Virus record (IMG/VR): IMGVR_UViG_3300010352_002076
Source of the DNA: an uncultured virus (IMG/VR IMGVR_UViG_3300010352_002076)
Lineage: Duplodnaviria; Heunggongvirae; Uroviricota; Caudoviricetes
Length of the DNA stretch: 64,000 bases
Strand: one strand, 5' to 3'
This document shows positions 35,696 to 45,855 of the stretch, in pieces (positions within the stretch are counted from its first letter, which is position 1; the number at the start of each line of letters is the position of its first letter). The translations under genes and the position numbers were made by a program. Under the pieces are notes generated by a model. The model made no database searches. It was not told where the DNA came from and worked only from the letters and a program-made list of their open reading frames with translations.

Positions 35696-37552
35696 TCAGA
35701 TCCAGGGTTTGATGACAGGGGCGCAATAGACGGCTTCGTCCTCCCACCGGTAGATCTGGAGCCCTTCGAGGGTCCGGGTCCGGGAAAGGGCGACGTAGGC
35801 GAGGCCATGCTTGGACTCGCCGATCATGCTCATGATGGAACCGACATCGACGAAGGCTTTGTCCACGGTGACCCCTTGGGCCCGGTGGATCGAGCACGCG
35901 AACCCGAGACGCAACGGCATCCCGTGGATCTCGTAGATGGGGTCCCCGTTGACCTCGTAGGCCTGGAAGATGCAGTAGGGGATATCGACACAGGAACCGG
36001 TGCGGTCCAGGCGGACCACGGCGACCTCAGGGATCCGGACCGGGGTCGGGTTGAAGGGGTTCGAGACCCCGGGGTCCATGAACACTTTCCCAGCGGAATC
36101 CACGAAGCCCTCGAGGACGCCTTGGTCGCCGTTGACGTACAACGGCATCGCGGGTTCCTCGACGCGCTCATTCATGGTGACCAGGACGCGGGCCCCGGCC
36201 TTGAAGCGCTCCGTGGTCACGAAGGGGCTGTCCTCGAGGATCTTGGCGATGCTGTCATCCGTCATGGGGTACATCTCCTGGAACCTGCGCTCCCGGAGAT
36301 CTCTCAGGGAGGCATGGAACCCGACGGAGTTCACCGCGGCCAGGGGCCCGCTGTTCAGCCTGGCGTTGTTGTAGCTGTCTGTGAGCCGGTTCGTCGCGAA
36401 GAGCCGGAGGTAGTGGTCATCCTCCGGAGGGACCCGCACCATGCACGGCGCGAAGACCTCACGGACCAAGTCAGTGACTTCGCCTTGCCGGAGGCAGTCC
36501 AGGGCAGCGAGGTAGGGGCCCTGGGACTGCCGGTGCACCTTGGTCAGCTTGACCGTGATCGCGCTCTGCAGGAGCTGGGATCCCACGGGCCAGTCGTCCT
36601 TCACCGGGGAGGCCTGGGCCCAATCCCCGACCAAGATGACACGCTTGCCGAAGCGCACCGCGATCCGGTAGATGTAGTTCATCATGGCCAGGCCGATCAT
36701 GGAGGCCTCGTCGATCACGATGATCTCCGGGCAGGCCGCCATGTTCTCGGCGAGCTTCCGCTCTGACCTCGTCTTGTCGTAGAGGCGGTCGTATTGGAAC
36801 AGGCGATCCACGGTGATCCCGTCAATCCCCATGGCCGCCTTGCCCGTGGTGGCGCACTTCGCGATGCGGACCCGGGACTCCAGGGCCCGGATCACCGTGG
36901 ACTTCCCGGTGCCGGCCTTGCCGATGAGCACGACGAACTTGTTGGCCCCACCACACATGATCTCCACGGCCCGCTTCTGGTCCTCATCGAGCTCGAAGGT
37001 GAGAGCCGGCTTCACATCGAACCTGGGGTTCGGCTTCGGGGGCTCCAGGAAATCCATGATATCCTGGCTCACCTTCGTCGGCCTGTCGCTGCTCGTCAGC
37101 CTCAGGTAGGCCTTCAGGGGGTCCTCCTTGATCGGAGGGCTCTCGATGATGAAGCTGCGCCCGAGCTCGCCGGCCTCCATCATCCTACCGACCCGTTGGC
37201 GGAACTCCTGCTGATCAGGAATGGATGGCGCAGCAGCGGTCTCGTCGATGATGACTCGCTCGCAGCTACGCGGATTCCCAATCGCCAGAGAGTGCTTCGG
37301 GGTATAGGCCTCGGCCAGCAACGCCGCCTTCATGAACGACTTGATGCCTTCGTAGGACTTCGAGTTCACGCAGGCCTGGCTGATCTGAACCCATCTCTCA
37401 TTGGGTGTGAACGCATAGACGTCGGCCCGGAAGCCTGGCCTCCGGACCAACAGGACGGCCCCGTTCGACCTTTCCGTGAACGGGATCCCTGCTTCGGTGA
37501 GCACGCCGCGCCAGCGATTCGCTTGCTCCTTCTGTTGTTCAGTTGGATCCAT
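35696..37552 (-). CDS. Pif1/RecD-like SF1B helicase
   Basis: GKAGTGKS, ATTGKAA, IDEASMI, LVGDWAQASPV, HRQ, NGDQG, PLRLGFACSIHRAQG, YVALSR. Confidence 0.93.
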   Translation of the reverse strand: MDPTEQQKEQANRWRGVLTEAGIPFTERSNGAVLLVRRPGFRADVYAFTPNERWVQISQACVNSKSYEGIKSFMKAALLAEAYTPKHSLAIGNPRSCERVIIDETAAAPSIPDQQEFRQRVGRMMEAGELGRSFIIESPPIKEDPLKAYLRLTSSDRPTKVSQDIMDFLEPPKPNPRFDVKPALTFELDEDQKRAVEIMCGGANKFVVLIGKAGTGKSTVIRALESRVRIAKCATTGKAAMGIDGITVDRLFQYDRLYDKTRSERKLAENMAACPEIIVIDEASMIGLAMMNYIYRIAVRFGKRVILVGDWAQASPVKDDWPVGSQLLQSAITVKLTKVHRQSQGPYLAALDCLRQGEVTDLVREVFAPCMVRVPPEDDHYLRLFATNRLTDSYNNARLNSGPLAAVNSVGFHASLRDLRERRFQEMYPMTDDSIAKILEDSPFVTTERFKAGARVLVTMNERVEEPAMPLYVNGDQGVLEGFVDSAGKVFMDPGVSNPFNPTPVRIPEVAVVRLDRTGSCVDIPYCIFQAYEVNGDPIYEIHGMPLRLGFACSIHRAQGVTVDKAFVDVGSIMSMIGESKHGLAYVALSRTRTLEGLQIYRWEDEAVYCAPVIKPWI

Positions 37553-37583
37553 TAGATCTCCTTGGTGACTCCCGTGAACGAAA

Positions 37584-37614
37584 GCACCACCTGGCTCGTG
37601 GAGCCAGGTGGTGC
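37584..37614 (-). terminator. Intrinsic terminator
   Basis: 14-bp stem GCACCACCTGGCTC/GAGCCAGGTGGTGC then TTTCGTT on the minus strand. Confidence 0.75.
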
Positions 37615-37640
37615 CGTACCGTCATAACTGAAACGATGAA

Positions 37641-37874
37641 CTACTTGACCTGGGTGACCGGCGTGAGGCCGGCTCTGATGAGTTGCTGTTCGAGCTTGGT
37701 GATGACACCGTGGGCTCCGGCAAGGTTGCGTTCCAGGTTGTTGGAACTCGCGACGACGCGACGAACCGTCGCGGTGAGAATGGCGCGCTTCGTGCGCCCA
37801 GCGTCGATCTGCTGGAGCAGCGCAGCGATGCGCTGCTTGGCCTTCAACAGTTTGGTTTCGGCGCTGACAGCCAT
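37641..37874 (-). CDS. Small coiled-coil protein
   Basis: Start MAVSAE; sits alone between promoter motif and terminator. Confidence 0.65.
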   Translation of the reverse strand: MAVSAETKLLKAKQRIAALLQQIDAGRTKRAILTATVRRVVASSNNLERNLAGAHGVITKLEQQLIRAGLTPVTQVK

Positions 37875-37883
37875 GTCGTGGTT

Positions 37884-37928
37884 CCCCGGGGTAGGTAGGA
37901 GCCTACCCCGGGGTTCACTGACAGTCAA
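37884..37928 (-). promoter_or_regulatory. Promoter with near-consensus palindrome (TTGAC-N5-GTGAA) and 12-bp inverted repeat over the -10
   Basis: Minus strand TTGACT-17-TAGGCT; CCCCGGGGTAGG/CCTACCCCGGGG at 37884-37913. Confidence 0.7.
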
Positions 37929-37929
37929 G

Positions 37930-38346
37930 CTAGGACGTATAGAAGAACGTGTTCGAGGTTCCGCTGCTTGAACTTGTGAAGCCACCGAACGTTGAGGCCC
38001 CGGTCTGCTGCCAACGCTGCTGCTGGGCCCGGGCCGCCTGCATCTGCTCCCGCATCACACGGGCCTGCAGGGCACGTTGCATCACGACGGGCCCGCCGGC
38101 GCGCATCACGGCGTCGCGGCACTCCTGAAGCCGCCGTTCCCGGACCTCCCGCTTCTTGGCGGCGTCGTAGGACTCCAGGGCTCGGCGCCGCGCCACGGCA
38201 GCGTCGACATACTCCACTGTGGCTGGGAGCTCCTTCTCGACACGGCTGTGCCCCGTAAGTCTACGGAGCCGTAGGGCATCGAAGGGGTCAAGGACCCCGA
38301 AGTGCCCGCGCTCCTCGAGCTCTTCAACTGAGAGCTCTGCCAACAT
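37930..38346 (-). CDS. Hypothetical protein
   Basis: TAATG coupling. Confidence 0.65.
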   Translation of the reverse strand: MLAELSVEELEERGHFGVLDPFDALRLRRLTGHSRVEKELPATVEYVDAAVARRRALESYDAAKKREVRERRLQECRDAVMRAGGPVVMQRALQARVMREQMQAARAQQQRWQQTGASTFGGFTSSSSGTSNTFFYTS

Positions 38347-40457
38347 TAGCGGTACCTGGTCTTCACGGGCTTCCCCTTGGCGGTCTTGAACGTGATCACG
38401 TTCTTATCCAGGTTGATCGACAAGGAAATGATGCGGGCCCGGTCCTCCCCGCCCTGCGCCCTGACCCGGATCTTGTTGACGAGTTCGTCGATGGTCCCGC
38501 TGAGCTCGGGGACCCCGGAGAACTTGGAACGGAAATCGTCCCAGGTCTCCGTGACGTACTCCTCCCATTCCTCCGTGCTCATGTCACTGCGGCTCCGGTC
38601 CCCGTTGCACTCAAAGCTGCCGGCGACGTGGGTCAGATGCATGACGTCATCCAGGGAACCCGCGAAGACGGAGCCCTGGGGCTCCATGTCCTCGTCGAGG
38701 CGCATCATGACACAGGGCACCTTGAGGTGCGTCCCGGAGGCAATGAGCTCCCCCAGCGAGGTCGGACCCACGAAGTCCGAGGCCCCAGGGAGGTCCCGCT
38801 GACTGTAGTCGCTGATGTCTTCGTCGATCTTGCTGTCCTCGTCGTAGGTCACCAGCGTCAACTTCACGGGACCCGCGGTGATATCGACGAAGGGTCCCGC
38901 TGTGTAGTCACGGTCGGCCCAGCCGAGTTCCTTCGCGGTCTTCTTGGTGTGCACCACCACTGTGGTCTTCTTCAGCTTGATGTGGTCGTAGTTCGGGGAC
39001 CAGGCTCCTACGGCCACGTCTATCTCGGTGCAGACCCCGGGGAACACCTCGAAGCCGTTCTCGCATGCGGTGTCCCGCTCGGACCAGTCGATCCTGGATT
39101 CCTCATAGGAGCTGTACTCCTTGATGATGAGTCGATTCACGTTCTCGTTGCTGCACTGCAGGACTCGACCGACCTTGTCGGTGTCAGACCACAACACGAC
39201 GCGATCCGACAGCACCGAGGGGAGCCGGTCAAAAGGGACCAAGTCGACGCAGTAGCGGCCGTCGCACCCGTCATCCAGGCTTTCCGGCGCCATGGTCTGC
39301 ACGCGAGCCAGGCCGATGTAGTGGTTGTAGAGCACGGTGAACAGCGGGGACGTGAGCTGAACACAGAGTCTGCTTTCGCGCTCCGCGTAGGCACGGTTCC
39401 AGCGGGAACATTGCACGAGCTGGAAGATGGCGGCCTCGCGCTCTTCGCGCTTCCCGTTCTTCAGAGCCTCCGCCGCTTTGATCATGCCGGCGCGCACAAC
39501 CTCGATACGCCTCTCGAACTCCGGCAGGAACAGGCCAGCGATGAACTCCAGGGTCTTGGCGTCCATGATCAAGGCGTCACGGTCCGGCAGCTTCGGGGTC
39601 ACCGGGGCGGCACCATAGTCGATCACGATAGCGAGGGTCTCGAAGTCCGGGAGCTTCAGCGAGGTCTCCACGGGCTCCGGGACCTCCGGGAGCCGGATCT
39701 TCGTCTGGACGTACTCCAGGGGCACCTTGATGCACTGACCATGCCAGACCACGAGGAGCTGGTCTCGGTGACCATTGACGCTGAAGTGGCCGTGGCCTTC
39801 GTAATGGTAGACCTTGTAGCCACGGTACGGGGTCTCCCGGAGCTTCCAGTTCTCGATCTCCAGGAAGTTCTTGATGACCGCGGGCTCCTTGGCGTCCTCG
39901 GCGAACGTGATCCGGATCGCGGTGTGGAACCTGGCTGCGTTGTGCAACGCGGTGTAGACGTCGTTGTTGTGCTGGCCGCCGTTGACCCCCACCATGGTGA
40001 TTTCGGTGCCGTCACCGCTGAGCACCGCAGAGGAATCGATGACATCCAGCACGGAACCCCGGTATATCGGGTTCTCGAAGAAACTCTTCGTAGCGAACTC
40101 GAGGCGGCCGAACTGGCTCCGGAAAACGATGCGCTCACAGAACGCCATGACCCCGCAGAGCCCCATGCCCGCGGGATCCTGCTCCTCCTCGACGCCCTTG
40201 CCCCAGTTCGAGACGCCGATGCTGAGGGCGGCGCCGATGTCGGTGATGCCGACACCGAAGTCGCGGATCTGCAGCGACTTCGTCATGGAGTCCCAGCGCA
40301 CCTTGATCTCGCAGACCTCACCGCCCCGGAGCCGGGGCAGCGTGGCGCGGTACGCGTTCTGGAGCGCCTCGTTGAGGGCGGACTCCAGGGAGCCGAAGTA
40401 GCGCTTCGCCTTGGTGAAGAAGCGCTCCGAGATGTGAATCTTGGTCTGAGTGGTCAT
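38346..40457 (-). CDS. GHKL (HSP90/MutL-like) ATPase domain protein
   Basis: LNEALQNAYRA (N box), IRDFGVGI (G1), DPAGMGL (G2), GTEI. Confidence 0.85.
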   Translation of the reverse strand: MTTQTKIHISERFFTKAKRYFGSLESALNEALQNAYRATLPRLRGGEVCEIKVRWDSMTKSLQIRDFGVGITDIGAALSIGVSNWGKGVEEEQDPAGMGLCGVMAFCERIVFRSQFGRLEFATKSFFENPIYRGSVLDVIDSSAVLSGDGTEITMVGVNGGQHNNDVYTALHNAARFHTAIRITFAEDAKEPAVIKNFLEIENWKLRETPYRGYKVYHYEGHGHFSVNGHRDQLLVVWHGQCIKVPLEYVQTKIRLPEVPEPVETSLKLPDFETLAIVIDYGAAPVTPKLPDRDALIMDAKTLEFIAGLFLPEFERRIEVVRAGMIKAAEALKNGKREEREAAIFQLVQCSRWNRAYAERESRLCVQLTSPLFTVLYNHYIGLARVQTMAPESLDDGCDGRYCVDLVPFDRLPSVLSDRVVLWSDTDKVGRVLQCSNENVNRLIIKEYSSYEESRIDWSERDTACENGFEVFPGVCTEIDVAVGAWSPNYDHIKLKKTTVVVHTKKTAKELGWADRDYTAGPFVDITAGPVKLTLVTYDEDSKIDEDISDYSQRDLPGASDFVGPTSLGELIASGTHLKVPCVMMRLDEDMEPQGSVFAGSLDDVMHLTHVAGSFECNGDRSRSDMSTEEWEEYVTETWDDFRSKFSGVPELSGTIDELVNKIRVRAQGGEDRARIISLSINLDKNVITFKTAKGKPVKTRYR

Positions 40458-40464
40458 TGGTACC

Positions 40465-40899
40465 CTATGTTGCACTATGGAACTGGATCTTCTTCTTGGG
40501 GCAGCAATGCGAGGTGAAACACCATGCCTCGTTGATGCTGTAGACTCCAGCAGAATCGATGTCGGTGAAATAGCCGGACCCCTTGGGGCCCCACCAGGCA
40601 TGGTGTTCGTCGGACCAGATCCGGACCTGGTTGAACTCCTTCATCCGGGTCGGATCTGCTTTGGCCTCCTCCAGAGTCAGGATCCGGGGCACCAACGGGG
40701 CCACGGCGTGCGGTGTCCTGCTCTCCTGCCCGTCGAAGTAGCGGTGCAGGAAGACCTTGGCCTGATCGGCGTAACCGTGGCGCTCGATGAAGAGCGCCAG
40801 GGCGTCAACCGCCCTGGCGTGGAACTCGGCATCATAACCGAAGCTGTCCCGAAGAGCCTCGAGGGTGTCGAGGATCTCCGAGGTGGCGCCGTCACTCAC
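40465..40899 (-). CDS. Hypothetical protein
   Basis: GTG start; IWSDEHHAWW.P.GSGY...AGVY motif. Confidence 0.7.
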   Translation of the reverse strand: MSDGATSEILDTLEALRDSFGYDAEFHARAVDALALFIERHGYADQAKVFLHRYFDGQESRTPHAVAPLVPRILTLEEAKADPTRMKEFNQVRIWSDEHHAWWGPKGSGYFTDIDSAGVYSINEAWCFTSHCCPKKKIQFHSAT

Positions 40900-42958
40900 G
40901 CCAGACTCCCCAGGCGTGGGTCGGCGGGCACTCGTCGCCGTTGCTCTTGAGATCGATGTGACGTAAGTGGCCACGACCGTCGTAGCGGCAGAGCTCGTGG
41001 GTCCACTTGTCGGTCTCGACGGCTTCCCAGCAGAAGTCCACGAAGTCCTGGTACATCCCGGGCTTCAGATCCTTCTTGGGATCGTGCTCCGTGACCCGGA
41101 GCTCATCTTTGTCGCCGATGAGCCCGCGCCACTTCAGCCAGCACTGCTTCCCGTAGTCCGAGTAGGAGTTGTAGACGCACCACGCCGCAGCGCCTTTCAG
41201 GATGGGCTCCGCCTGGGCCTCGGCGACCTCGCGGTTCTCGTAGCTGCCCAGAAAGACCGCTTTGTAGTTCTCGGAGCCAATGGCGAACTCCAGACTCAGC
41301 GGGAGCGTCCCGACCTCCTTGCCCTTCTTGTCGATCTGGGTGAAAGAACTGTCTTCCTTGTCGATCCGCTTCAGATCGTTGAAGGCCACGGTGCCTTCGT
41401 CACCGAAGATATCCTTGATCACGGCGAAGAAGCTCAGCGCGGCGTCCTTGTTGACCTCCGCGATCTTCGGGATGGCCTCGTTGAGTTCCTTGGGTCCCTC
41501 GGTAAAGTCGTTGTACTTCTCCTTCAGCTTCTCCAGGGCGACGTCATAGGGCAGCAGCTCCCCCTTGTCGTCGCAGATCACCGCGGGGTCGATCTCGACG
41601 CTACGCGCCTTCACGGTTGGGAGGTCCCAGACCTGGAGGCCACTGCCGATGCCGCCGTGGATGCAGATCTTCCCGATGTCGCTCCGGGGTTCCGTCCGGA
41701 TATGCGGGTAGCCCTTGGCGGCCATCCGACGGCACTCCTCGAGCTGGGTGTCACCACCGCCACCCAAGGCGCCGCCGGGGCAGATCCGGAGCAGGGCCCG
41801 CGCCGCGGCCTGCATCGCCTTGGCCACGGGGTACTCGTTGTCCTCGGGAACCGCGTCGACCCGCTGCAGCTTGTTGCTGAGGTCGTTGGTGTTGATGACC
41901 CCGACACCGGTGGCTGCGATGAGCTCGGCGTGGTCGTAGAGGAAGCTCAGGGCCTCCCCGAAGAGCACGGGCTCCACGGTGCCATCTTTGACGACCTCGC
42001 CGGTCAGGGCGCCCTGGAGAGCATCCATGGCAAGCCGGAAGGCGCCGATGGACCCGACACCTTCGTTGCGCAGCTCGCCGACGTAGGTCCGCTTGCTGAG
42101 CGCGCTCTTGAGCCAGCCGCTCTGCTTCGCGAGCTGCGTGAACCGCCAGAACCAGTTCTCGACGGGGTGCACATACGGTGTCAGGACAGACTGGGGGCCC
42201 CAGCCCTGACCAGCCTGACGGGCCCCCTTGCGCTTGGGCCCCTCCATGAAGACGTCCTCATGGAACTTCATCAGGGCGCCGAACGACTTCGTGTGCTTCT
42301 CGAGGTGGCCCCCGGCGGTACAGAGCAGGATGACCGCCTTCGTGGTCAGAGCGGCGATCTCGTCGGCGCCGATCCCCTTGATCTCGGGCTTCCCGTGGGC
42401 GTTCGGGGTGCTCAGGTAGACGTCTTGCGCCGTGGTGAGCAAGAAGTGCGCGACGTGGACATCCGAGATGACCTCGAGCTGTCGCTGCGCCGCCGGGGAC
42501 TGGTTCGCGAGCCCGAGCCAAGGGATCAGGAAGTCCAGGGCCCCCTTGATGGTCTTCTCGCGCAGCATCTCGATTTCGTCATCGAGCTTGGGCTGCTTGT
42601 CATGCTTGAAGTTGTCGAAGAGGGTGCCGTTGGGGTGCGTCGCGAAGAACAGCCAGTCCGGCTGCTTCAGGGCCCACTTGAGCTGGTCCGTGGCAAAATG
42701 GGTGAGCTGCGAAGTTCCGCTGTGACGTGTCAGGAACTCGTAGTCCGTCATGGTCTTCGTGGACTTGATGCCCTCGAACTGGGCCGCCACGACCAACGGG
42801 GTATTCGGGACCCGGAGTTCGTGGCCGTCGTAGCCGCACTTGATGTTCTCGTATTCGACCTGCTTGGGGTCGAAGTTGTCCAGGGCCGCCTTGGAAGCCG
42901 CGACGGCATCCGCGTAGGTCTCGAACGTGAAACGATTCTTGGTCTTCTTCTTGGCCAT
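40892..42958 (-). CDS. Large hypothetical protein (688 aa)
   Basis: Long ORF, GGAG RBS; no family recognised. Confidence 0.85.
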   Translation of the reverse strand: MAKKKTKNRFTFETYADAVAASKAALDNFDPKQVEYENIKCGYDGHELRVPNTPLVVAAQFEGIKSTKTMTDYEFLTRHSGTSQLTHFATDQLKWALKQPDWLFFATHPNGTLFDNFKHDKQPKLDDEIEMLREKTIKGALDFLIPWLGLANQSPAAQRQLEVISDVHVAHFLLTTAQDVYLSTPNAHGKPEIKGIGADEIAALTTKAVILLCTAGGHLEKHTKSFGALMKFHEDVFMEGPKRKGARQAGQGWGPQSVLTPYVHPVENWFWRFTQLAKQSGWLKSALSKRTYVGELRNEGVGSIGAFRLAMDALQGALTGEVVKDGTVEPVLFGEALSFLYDHAELIAATGVGVINTNDLSNKLQRVDAVPEDNEYPVAKAMQAAARALLRICPGGALGGGGDTQLEECRRMAAKGYPHIRTEPRSDIGKICIHGGIGSGLQVWDLPTVKARSVEIDPAVICDDKGELLPYDVALEKLKEKYNDFTEGPKELNEAIPKIAEVNKDAALSFFAVIKDIFGDEGTVAFNDLKRIDKEDSSFTQIDKKGKEVGTLPLSLEFAIGSENYKAVFLGSYENREVAEAQAEPILKGAAAWCVYNSYSDYGKQCWLKWRGLIGDKDELRVTEHDPKKDLKPGMYQDFVDFCWEAVETDKWTHELCRYDGRGHLRHIDLKSNGDECPPTHAWGVWRE

Positions 42959-42980
42959 TGAGATCTCTCCAGAAACAAAG

Positions 42981-43006
42981 GGACCCGCAGCGGATGCTGC
43001 GGGTCC
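42981..43006 (-). terminator. Intrinsic terminator
   Basis: 11-bp stem GGACCCGCAGC/GCTGCGGGTCC then CTTTGTTT on the minus strand. Confidence 0.8.
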
Positions 43007-43029
43007 AGTTCACAAATAAACCAGGGAGG

Positions 43030-43878
43030 TCAGAACGGGAGCGTGGGCTTGTATGCCTTCCAGAACGCCTCGTAGATCTTGCTGCCGTGACGGCTGTCGC
43101 AGACCCGGAGCATGGTCTTCTCGAACGCTTCGCTCCTGGGGGCCACGGCGTGGCCCTGGGCCCTGAGGACCCCGAGGAGGAGCCCCGCGGTGTTCAGACA
43201 ATCCGTCATGCAGTAGTCCTCGAGCTCGGCGACGCGGCCCTGGCCCCAGAGCTCCAAGCTGTCGGCACCGGTGACCCCGGTCTTGCCGGGGAGCCCGAAG
43301 GTGCGGGCCCAGTAGCTCAGCGAGGTCCCGCCGCCTGGCGTGTACTTCTGCTGCGACAGAAACGTCATGAGATCGAGGTGGGGACTGCTCAGGATCTTGT
43401 TCCGGGGGTCCTCCCAGGGCTTCACATCGAAGCCGCCACCGAACCAGATCGGCATCGGGACCCCGAGGCGGTGACCCCAGATCTCCATAACGGGAGCATC
43501 GAAGTTCTTGCCGTTGAAGCTGACCCACTTCTTGGCGTTCACTGGTGGGTTCACCACGGCGGCCATGGCGCCCCAGAACTGCTCCACGAGTCCCTTGACG
43601 CCGTCCTTGCCGGATGCGTTCAGGGCCTGATGGGCGATGTAGGAGCCGTCGTGCCCGATCGCCAACATGCCGACCACCACGGGGCGGTGATACTGCATCG
43701 GCATGAAGCAGCCCTCAGCAGGGGACTCCTTGCACACCTTGTCGTGGACACGCTGGATGCAGGCGGCACGGGGCTCCCAGACCTGGTCTCCCTTGGCGTC
43801 GGTACCCACGAGCTCCTTGTTGGTCTCGTAGATGACGTCGTCGTCGACGACGGTTTCAATGTCCCATATGAGGTACAC
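43030..43878 (-). CDS. 3'-5' exonuclease, PolB-exonuclease-like (DEDDy)
   Basis: WDIETV, SFNGKNFDAP, HLDLM, DYCMTD; AAGGAG RBS. Confidence 0.9.
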   Translation of the reverse strand: MYLIWDIETVVDDDVIYETNKELVGTDAKGDQVWEPRAACIQRVHDKVCKESPAEGCFMPMQYHRPVVVGMLAIGHDGSYIAHQALNASGKDGVKGLVEQFWGAMAAVVNPPVNAKKWVSFNGKNFDAPVMEIWGHRLGVPMPIWFGGGFDVKPWEDPRNKILSSPHLDLMTFLSQQKYTPGGGTSLSYWARTFGLPGKTGVTGADSLELWGQGRVAELEDYCMTDCLNTAGLLLGVLRAQGHAVAPRSEAFEKTMLRVCDSRHGSKIYEAFWKAYKPTLPF

Positions 43879-44031
43879 GGATCTCTCCTTTCCGGAGCAT
43901 ACCATGGAAACGGTGGAATCGCTGCAGCTTGATTAACTCGGCCGTGTTATCCCGGGGCGGCTTGACAGCTGCCAGGAGACGATCGGGGTCCAGGGGGAGC
44001 TGGACCCGAGCCGTGATTACGGGTTCCTGCA

Positions 44032-44664
44032 TCACGCGGGGTCACCGACGGGCCGAAGCCAGATCATCTCAGTGCCGGCCACAACAGCCGGAAGCTGCTT
44101 CAAGGCGGCGTACTGCGGGGACGCCTCGGCATCCTCGGGGGTCCTGAAGGGGTCCGACATCACGGTCTCGCCGACCACGATCTGAACCGCTGTGGCCGGT
44201 AGGGGCTCCTTGGCCACGGGGTCCACGGTTCCCTGGTCCACGGCAGCCCCCAGGACTCCAGTGACGAGATCCGGGGCCGGGGTGTCCTCGACGACGAGCC
44301 CAGCATCGGTGAGCCTGGCGAGGACCTCGGCCCGGGCCGCGACGTGGATGTCGCCCAGGGTGATCTCGGACCCCTTCTTGCCAGTGCCACACATCTTGGT
44401 GTGAAGAAGATCCGCGGTGGCCACGGAGATCTCGCCGGCCCGGGGCGCCGCCTTGGCGACGGGATAGATGAAGTGGTCCCGCACCGGGACCAGACCGTTC
44501 CGGGTCTGCACGATGTTGCAGGGCTTCCCAGCGCTCATCTGGAGCCAGTTGAACCTGGCGGCGCCGCCAGCCTGCATCACGACGTAGACCTCGTCGACCC
44601 GGATGGCCTGGCAGTGGAACCTGACGAGGTCGTCGATGACAGCCTGGATCTGCTCAGGAAGCAT
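44032..44664 (-). CDS. Hypothetical protein
   Basis: Start MLPEQI. Confidence 0.7.
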   Translation of the reverse strand: MLPEQIQAVIDDLVRFHCQAIRVDEVYVVMQAGGAARFNWLQMSAGKPCNIVQTRNGLVPVRDHFIYPVAKAAPRAGEISVATADLLHTKMCGTGKKGSEITLGDIHVAARAEVLARLTDAGLVVEDTPAPDLVTGVLGAAVDQGTVDPVAKEPLPATAVQIVVGETVMSDPFRTPEDAEASPQYAALKQLPAVVAGTEMIWLRPVGDPA

Positions 44665-44869
44665 GGCGGGGATCCCAGACAGCGATGACGCGAACGGCGT
44701 GAACCTTGGTGATCTTCTGGAGCTCCGGCGGCAGCTTCCACTTGGCCTCACGGGCGGCCTGGCGGCTCTGGAAGAAGCTGTCGGGCTCCAGAAGCGGGTT
44801 CGGCCACCGCCCCTTCGTGACCAGGGCCCAGCGGTCCGTGTGGTCCAGGATGACGTCGGTGTCCTTCAT
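44654..44869 (-). CDS. Small hypothetical protein
   Basis: ATGA-coupled to ruvB. Confidence 0.6.
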   Translation of the reverse strand: MKDTDVILDHTDRWALVTKGRWPNPLLEPDSFFQSRQAAREAKWKLPPELQKITKVHAVRVIAVWDPRHAS

Positions 44870-45855
44870 GGGTTCTCTTTCTTGATGGCGGCGAGGGCGG
44901 CGGCACCGGCCTCCGTGATCTGACGGCCCAGGCGACCCCGGACCAGGAAGCCCTGCTGGAGCAGCCAGGGTTCATAGAGGTCTTCTATGGTCTGGGGCTC
45001 CTCGTCCAGTGCAGCTGCCAGGGTCTTGAGGCCCGTGGTCCCGTTGGCGGTCAGGATCTCCAGGATCCGGAACTCCATCTTGCCGAGGCCGCCGGCCCGG
45101 TAGCCCAGGCGCTTCAGGGTGTCCTTGACGAGCTGGCAGCCAAGCCCGGAGCTCGTTGCCCCGTAGGTGGGCTCCTGCGCCCAGTACGTGTCGATGACGG
45201 CCTCGATGAGGCGGGAAGCGAACCTGGCGGTGCCGTGGCAGGGCTTCACCAGGAGGGTCAGGGCACCGTCCTGCCAGGGAATCGCCGTCGGAGCCGCCAT
45301 GGCCTCCCGTGTCGCGGTCCACCGCAGAACCTCCAGCATCTCAGGGTCCGAGTAGAGTTCGAGCCGGGTGATGTGCTTGAAGCGGTCCCGCATCGGTTCC
45401 GGGATGAGACCTTCGCGGGTCGTGGCCCCCACGATGGTGAACTCGTTGATCGTCACCGAGATCGGCTGGGCATTGCTGCCGTCGCCGACCATGACAGTAA
45501 CGGTCCGGTCCTCCATGGCGTGGTACAGGAACTCGCAGCAGTCCTTGGGGAGCGCGTGGATCTCGTCGAGGAACAGGAGCCCGCCGGCGGGCATCGTGGT
45601 CAGCGTCGGCAAGAGATCCGTCGGCTTCAGGATCGCGGTGCTGTTCAGGATCTTGACGTTGCCAGCAGGGATCTCGAGCTCCGTGGGGAGCACGTAGGCC
45701 GCCAGGGTGGTCTTGCCGACCCCAGGAGGACCCACGAAGAGGACATGGCTGTGAATCGCCTTGCGCCGCTTCGCGGATGTCACGGACACCTTCAGGTTGG
45801 CGATGGCCTCCTGTTGTCCGTAGAACTCAATGAATCGTGTCGGCCGGGCGCTCAT
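44866..45855 (-). CDS. ruvB: Holliday junction branch migration ATPase RuvB
   Basis: RP..F.EFYGQ, GPPGVGKTTLA, LFLDEIH, E.LY.AMED, FTIVGATTREG...PMRDRF, GTAR, EPWLLQQG.L.R...GR. Confidence 0.96.
   Translation of the reverse strand: MSARPTRFIEFYGQQEAIANLKVSVTSAKRRKAIHSHVLFVGPPGVGKTTLAAYVLPTELEIPAGNVKILNSTAILKPTDLLPTLTTMPAGGLLFLDEIHALPKDCCEFLYHAMEDRTVTVMVGDGSNAQPISVTINEFTIVGATTREGLIPEPMRDRFKHITRLELYSDPEMLEVLRWTATREAMAAPTAIPWQDGALTLLVKPCHGTARFASRLIEAVIDTYWAQEPTYGATSSGLGCQLVKDTLKRLGYRAGGLGKMEFRILEILTANGTTGLKTLAAALDEEPQTIEDLYEPWLLQQGFLVRGRLGRQITEAGAAALAAIKKENP

Noticed and set aside
43879..44031. Apparent non-coding gap with hairpin as ncRNA
   Set aside because: Filled by a TGATG-coupled 58-aa ORF (43856-44032, MQEPVITARVQLPLDP...); no RNA family features recognised
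18406..45855. Interpretation as bacterial chromosome because of ruvA, ruvB, tmk and thyX
   Set aside because: Phage-type replisome, homing endonucleases, single-strand orientation, mostly unknown small genes and no other housekeeping genes
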